From: Amoebidium appalachense
Lineage: Eukaryota > Protista > Ichthyosporea
Reading direction: 5' to 3'
Length of the DNA: 64,000 nt
Assembly (NCBI GenBank): GCA_963693365.1
Contig: CAVNZM010000014.1
Location: 4,340,001 to 4,404,000 of the forward strand
Below the pieces are notes generated by a model that was not told where the DNA came from, made no database searches, and was given only the letters and a program-made list of their open reading frames with translations. Each line of letters opens with the position of its first letter. The first letter of the stretch is position 1. The position numbers and the translations under genes were made by a program. This document shows, one piece after another, positions 24,369 to 64,000 of the stretch.

Positions 24369-24793
24369 GGCGAAGATAGCCGGCAAGTCGCACTATAAAG
24401 GGTTCAGAATGAGAAAATTGGCATGTAGAACGAAGTATGCTACTCGAGTCTCCCTTGCAAGTGACTGTGTCAGTGAGTCAGTGTGAGCCGCTGAAAAGAG
24501 AGCACGCACCTCGGTGACGTAGGGATGAAAGAGGTGACGTCATGTGGTGCACTCTGCACCAATCAGATGGTTTGGCGCCAAAACCCAGCAGCCAGCCTAT
24601 CACCATGCAGGGCACGTGTCCCTATAGCCCTTCATGCATGCAAGTAGACCACTTTGGCAAAAGAAAGTGGAGACTGTGTGTGCGTGGGTGGACCCTGCTG
24701 CACGCCACTGTACACATACCTACTTATATAAACTAGTTTGCATCCTACACGCTTGGGGTGTCGCTAGCCAGCCTTATTTCACATCACAGCAGC
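24369..24793. promoter_or_regulatory. Divergent promoter region between NFU1 and importin-9
   Basis: 425 bp between opposed start codons. Palindromic CRE TGACGTCA at 24535-24542, TGACGT at 24515-24520, CCAAT at 24559-24563. Confidence 0.6.
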
Positions 24794-35009
<10,216 letters not shown>

Positions 35010-35152
35010 CCCCATGCATGCACGTATGACTGTACACTACTATTATTAGATAGGGGGGGCTGGTCCCGCCCACACACACGTGCCCAGCACGTGCCCATAC
35101 ACTTTCGAGCCTACAAGCATAGTCCCAATATTCAACGATATGCACCGAGGTG

Positions 35153-40208
<5,056 letters not shown>

Positions 40209-40980
40209 GGCTGCTGGTGGCACGGCACACAAGAAGTAACGGGCGGCACGCCACACGGCTTTAAGGTCAATAAACGCTGGCTGCAAGGATGTAAGGCTGC
40301 TTGGGCGACGTACGCGTGCGGCCAGCGGCTATGTTCCTTGGTGTGTCTGGCTGCAGTTTGACTGGTACGGCTGCAGCTGGGTGAATGGCGCGTAGATCTA
40401 TTGGGATCTATTGGCAGGGTTTGAACCATGAGCATCGGGGCTTGAAATCAGGATGGTCAACTGGCAAGTGCCAAGTGAGTGACCATGTGTTTATCGTACT
40501 TTGCTAAAACGTTTTCAATGCTCCCTTTTGGCCCCAATATATAGTGTCATAACTTGCTCACAGAGTCGCTGAGAACCATTTTATGCAGATATTCATACAC
40601 TTGAAATAACACAGCTATATCCTTCGTTTGTTGCAAATTTGACATGAGCACAGTACACTGCCCACACAGTGGGTGTGCCTACGCTCCGTGCCTGCTTACG
40701 ATTATTTTGGTGCAGTTCACTTTCTAAACACTATCAAAGCGTGCAGTAAGGATGTGCGAATGTGTGTGAGTATGCAAGTGTGTACGCGTGTGTATATATG
40801 CTTGTGTGCCTATGTGTCTGTGTGTGTGTGTGTGTGTTTTGGTATACGTTTTCGTCACATGCCCACACGTCTCCCCATGCATGGACTAGATAACCACCAT
40901 GCAGCCCATCCACTGACCACAACTCTACCAGCCCATCTACCCAGCTATTTTAGTGTCCTTCGTGCATGCATGCCACTATT

Positions 40981-44807
<3,827 letters not shown>

Positions 44808-45217
44808 GGTTTCACGTGCAACCAAACAGTGCAAGCTACGGGCACACACGGCCCTGTGGCAGAAACGCACGGCACATGCACTCCTGGGGGAAAACCTAAT
44901 TGCGGAGGGGTAGGTGTGACACTTGGAAGCTGTGTGTGTGACTGAGCTCGGAGTTGGCTGGGTGATCGCGCAACCGGGGTACCAATATTGACCCGCGGCT
45001 GACTGAGCCAGATAAGACCAGGGCAACCAGCAGACCGGTCGGACAGACAGACAGGGATAACAGACGAGCAGGAGGGTTTGTGTGCACGGTGGTGTAGCGG
45101 TATTGTGTGTGCAGCGCCCAGTGCTGCGTAGGCTAGCGCCAGCGTGTATTTACAGTCCGCGCGTGTGTGCGTGTGTGCGTGGGTTCTGCTGTGCGTGCAC
45201 TATGCTTGAGCGGCAGC
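44808..45217. promoter_or_regulatory. Divergent promoter region between EAF and golgin
   Basis: 410 bp between opposed start codons, with a CCAAT near 44982. Confidence 0.45.
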
Positions 45218-51877
<6,660 letters not shown>

Positions 51878-52863
51878 TCTGATCACATAAGTCTTATGTG
51901 CAGGCCAGATGGTGGCCTAGTAGGTTATGAAGGTAGATGCACGAATGAATGCGGCATGTGTTTACTGATTATTGTCGCATCATCATGATAGCACGAGACT
52001 CAGTGTGGGACATTGGTCTCTCTGGCCAATATGTCATTATAAACACGCCTGCACGCAAATCTAAATACACACACACGTTGACACACAATCACACATGATC
52101 ATGAGTTCCTAATGCAATTTTTTTAAGACAGACATAGCTACAGTATTGATAATCAATATTGTACATAGTTTGGCACACTCATATTGGCCACATGTACACC
52201 CACAAACTGTCAGTATGACACACACACACACACATGTACCCCTGCCCTGCCTGCCCCTAGCCCCACTTCTTTTTGGAAAAAAAGCACTACTACAGTAAGC
52301 CCCCACAGCACACCAAAATTTAATAACTCGGTGACACACGCATATGGCGGCCTGGGGCGCCTACGCAGGGTGCGCAGTAACTAATACACAGTGACTGAGC
52401 CTCAGTGCTAATAGCTAGCCTCCTAACAAATCATCTACTAAACAAGTAGCTCGTTAATGATTTAGTAGTAGGCTCCGGATCTCCTGAGGCTCCCCTCCCT
52501 TCCCCCCCCCCCCCCCCCCCCCCCCCCAGGGGCCCAGGCGAGCCCTTTTGCTACATGTACAGGATGAAATTTTATCCTCCCCGGCCCCTCGGATCCCCAA
52601 GCAGGTCCCCGAGCTCCCTAGGCCTTCTCCTCCTTCCGCCTCAGCCCCCTCCATATGCATCCGGGCCCTTTCCCCCCCCCCCCCCCCCCCCCCCCCCTCC
52701 CCTCCCCTCTCCCTTCTTTCCCGCCCTCGAACATTGTAAGTCTCAATAGAGCATTAGATTATCTATGGCTACTAGTAAGCCAGGAATCTAACGTCAACAT
52801 AGGGTTCGAAGGGCGAATTCATTTGGGGGGGATGGGGAAGGAGGCCGGAGGGGGGTCTTTTTT

Positions 52864-52915
<52 letters not shown>

Positions 52916-53041
52916 TCGTATCAGCCCCACCCCCGGCCCGAATGTAATATGGCATAGGTGCAACTATAAGTTATGAAGTCTAGTTAGATAATTCTACTCC
53001 CCCCGACCCCGAACCCCCCTTTTAGTAGTTACTTTTCGGAA

Positions 53042-53053
53042 TGCGCAGGCGCA
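53042..53053. promoter_or_regulatory. NRF1-like site TGCGCAGGCGCA upstream of the RTK gene
   Basis: Matches the NRF1 consensus TGCGCANGCGCA, with a cluster of CCAAT/ATTGG boxes at about 53331-53477. Confidence 0.35.
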
Positions 53054-54259
53054 GCTCTGCAGCGGCACGATAGTTTTGGCGCACTTGCTCGAACTCTTAA
53101 GATCTTGTCCCTGACCGCCCACCTGGACCTGGCTCGAGTGAATTAAGGTGCACCTTAAAAGCTTCAAATGCATACAAAACGAATACGCAAAATGCTGAAA
53201 GAGGGTTTCGGGTTTCAGTATACTGGTAGAAGAGAGTTGTGATTCCTGGGCTGCCCAGCAGGCAGCAGCCCAGCCAGGCCCAGGGCAGCGGCGCCACCGT
53301 GGCGCCGTATCGTCATCGTTGTCTGACTGCTGATTGGTCACTGGATACTACGAGATCTAGATTTGCACCAATCATGAACGTTATAGTTGATTAAGTAGCC
53401 TGATTGGCTTATATTGGACCAATCTTTGTGAACTTTCAGTGGACGAGATCTGCTGGGGTATCTGCCCATCTGATTGGCAAAGCGGTAGCCTTGTGTGCTG
53501 TTGCTGAGCCAGCGGCTGTCTTTTGCCACTCAGCACGCCAAAAGTCACGGGTGGCCATCTCTGCCGTGTGCTGGGTTGCACGCACATGTGCATACACCCG
53601 TAGGCACACACAATAAACACCCACCAAAAAGTCGGCTGTGTTGACAACAATAAAAACGACCGAACTACATGTTCCAGTAGCAGGAGTACAGGTGATGGCA
53701 TGGAAGATAGTGAGCACAATAGCGAAACAGACTTTTGGCAGAACTTTCAAATTATGCCTTTCTATTCATCTTGAATTTTCTTTCCTCAAAGCCTGCAAAT
53801 TTCTGCAGCAGGACCCAAGCGTAAAGGTAGGGTTCGTGCGCATGGGCATGGCGCATGAGGCCTGCAGCTGGATGTGAAGCAGAAAATTAATTAAACACTT
53901 ACCGTATCACTGCAGCTCTGAGTACACAATACGTAGACTCCCCACACAACACAGGGTGCAATCCCTTGCGCATAGACCGGAAAAACCAAGGCATATGTTC
54001 CGCGTTAACGTTGCTGCCGCCAGAGTCATTGGACAATTCTATGTGCTACGTTGCAATTGGTGGCCAGCAAAGCCTTGTGTATTGCAGCCTCTCAAACCAG
54101 GTAGGCATACCATAACCCCATGTGCATAAGCCAAATGTGCTGCTCCCGCGTGGTATGGAGGACCTTTTTGTAAATTTGAGCCATGGGACGTAGGCACCGT
54201 GGCAGCACACTGTGGCTTGATTGCCTCGCCGTGTTGGCTGCTGGTGGCATCTCGTTCTG

Positions 54260-63996
<9,737 letters not shown>

Positions 63997-64000
63997 ACCG

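Noticed and set aside
40617-40626. ATATCCTTC resembling a U12 donor
   Set aside because: Intergenic and on the strand opposite to both flanking genes, with no partner exon.

Overview
This is GC-rich, intron-dense eukaryotic DNA, most likely from a unicellular holozoan (inferred from an animal-type receptor tyrosine kinase together with EAF, TRAX and minor-spliceosome introns; the species cannot be fixed from sequence). Nine spliced genes were reconstructed by hand: TRAX/TSNAX-like (-, runs off the left edge), a mitochondrial carrier (+), acetyl-CoA synthetase (+), NFU1 (-), importin-9 (+), phosphatidylserine decarboxylase (-), ELL-associated factor (-), a GRIP-domain golgin (+) and a mucin/EGF receptor tyrosine kinase (+). 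Introns are filled with poly-G/C, (GT)n/(CA)n and minisatellites, so nearly all ORFs in the supplied track are artefacts. Most notable: (1) two U12-type introns, one with rare AT-AT ends; (2) two introns where an inverted copy of a sequence is inserted into its own middle (X-Y-X'-Y'); (3) two related 30-bp 12-6-12 palindromes with compensatory changes, one flanked by a perfect 10-bp direct repeat; (4) 3' splice sites marked by a close CTRAC-type branch point and usually lacking a polypyrimidine tract. All exon calls are manual and unsupported by RNA data, and homopolymer lengths may contain sequencing errors.
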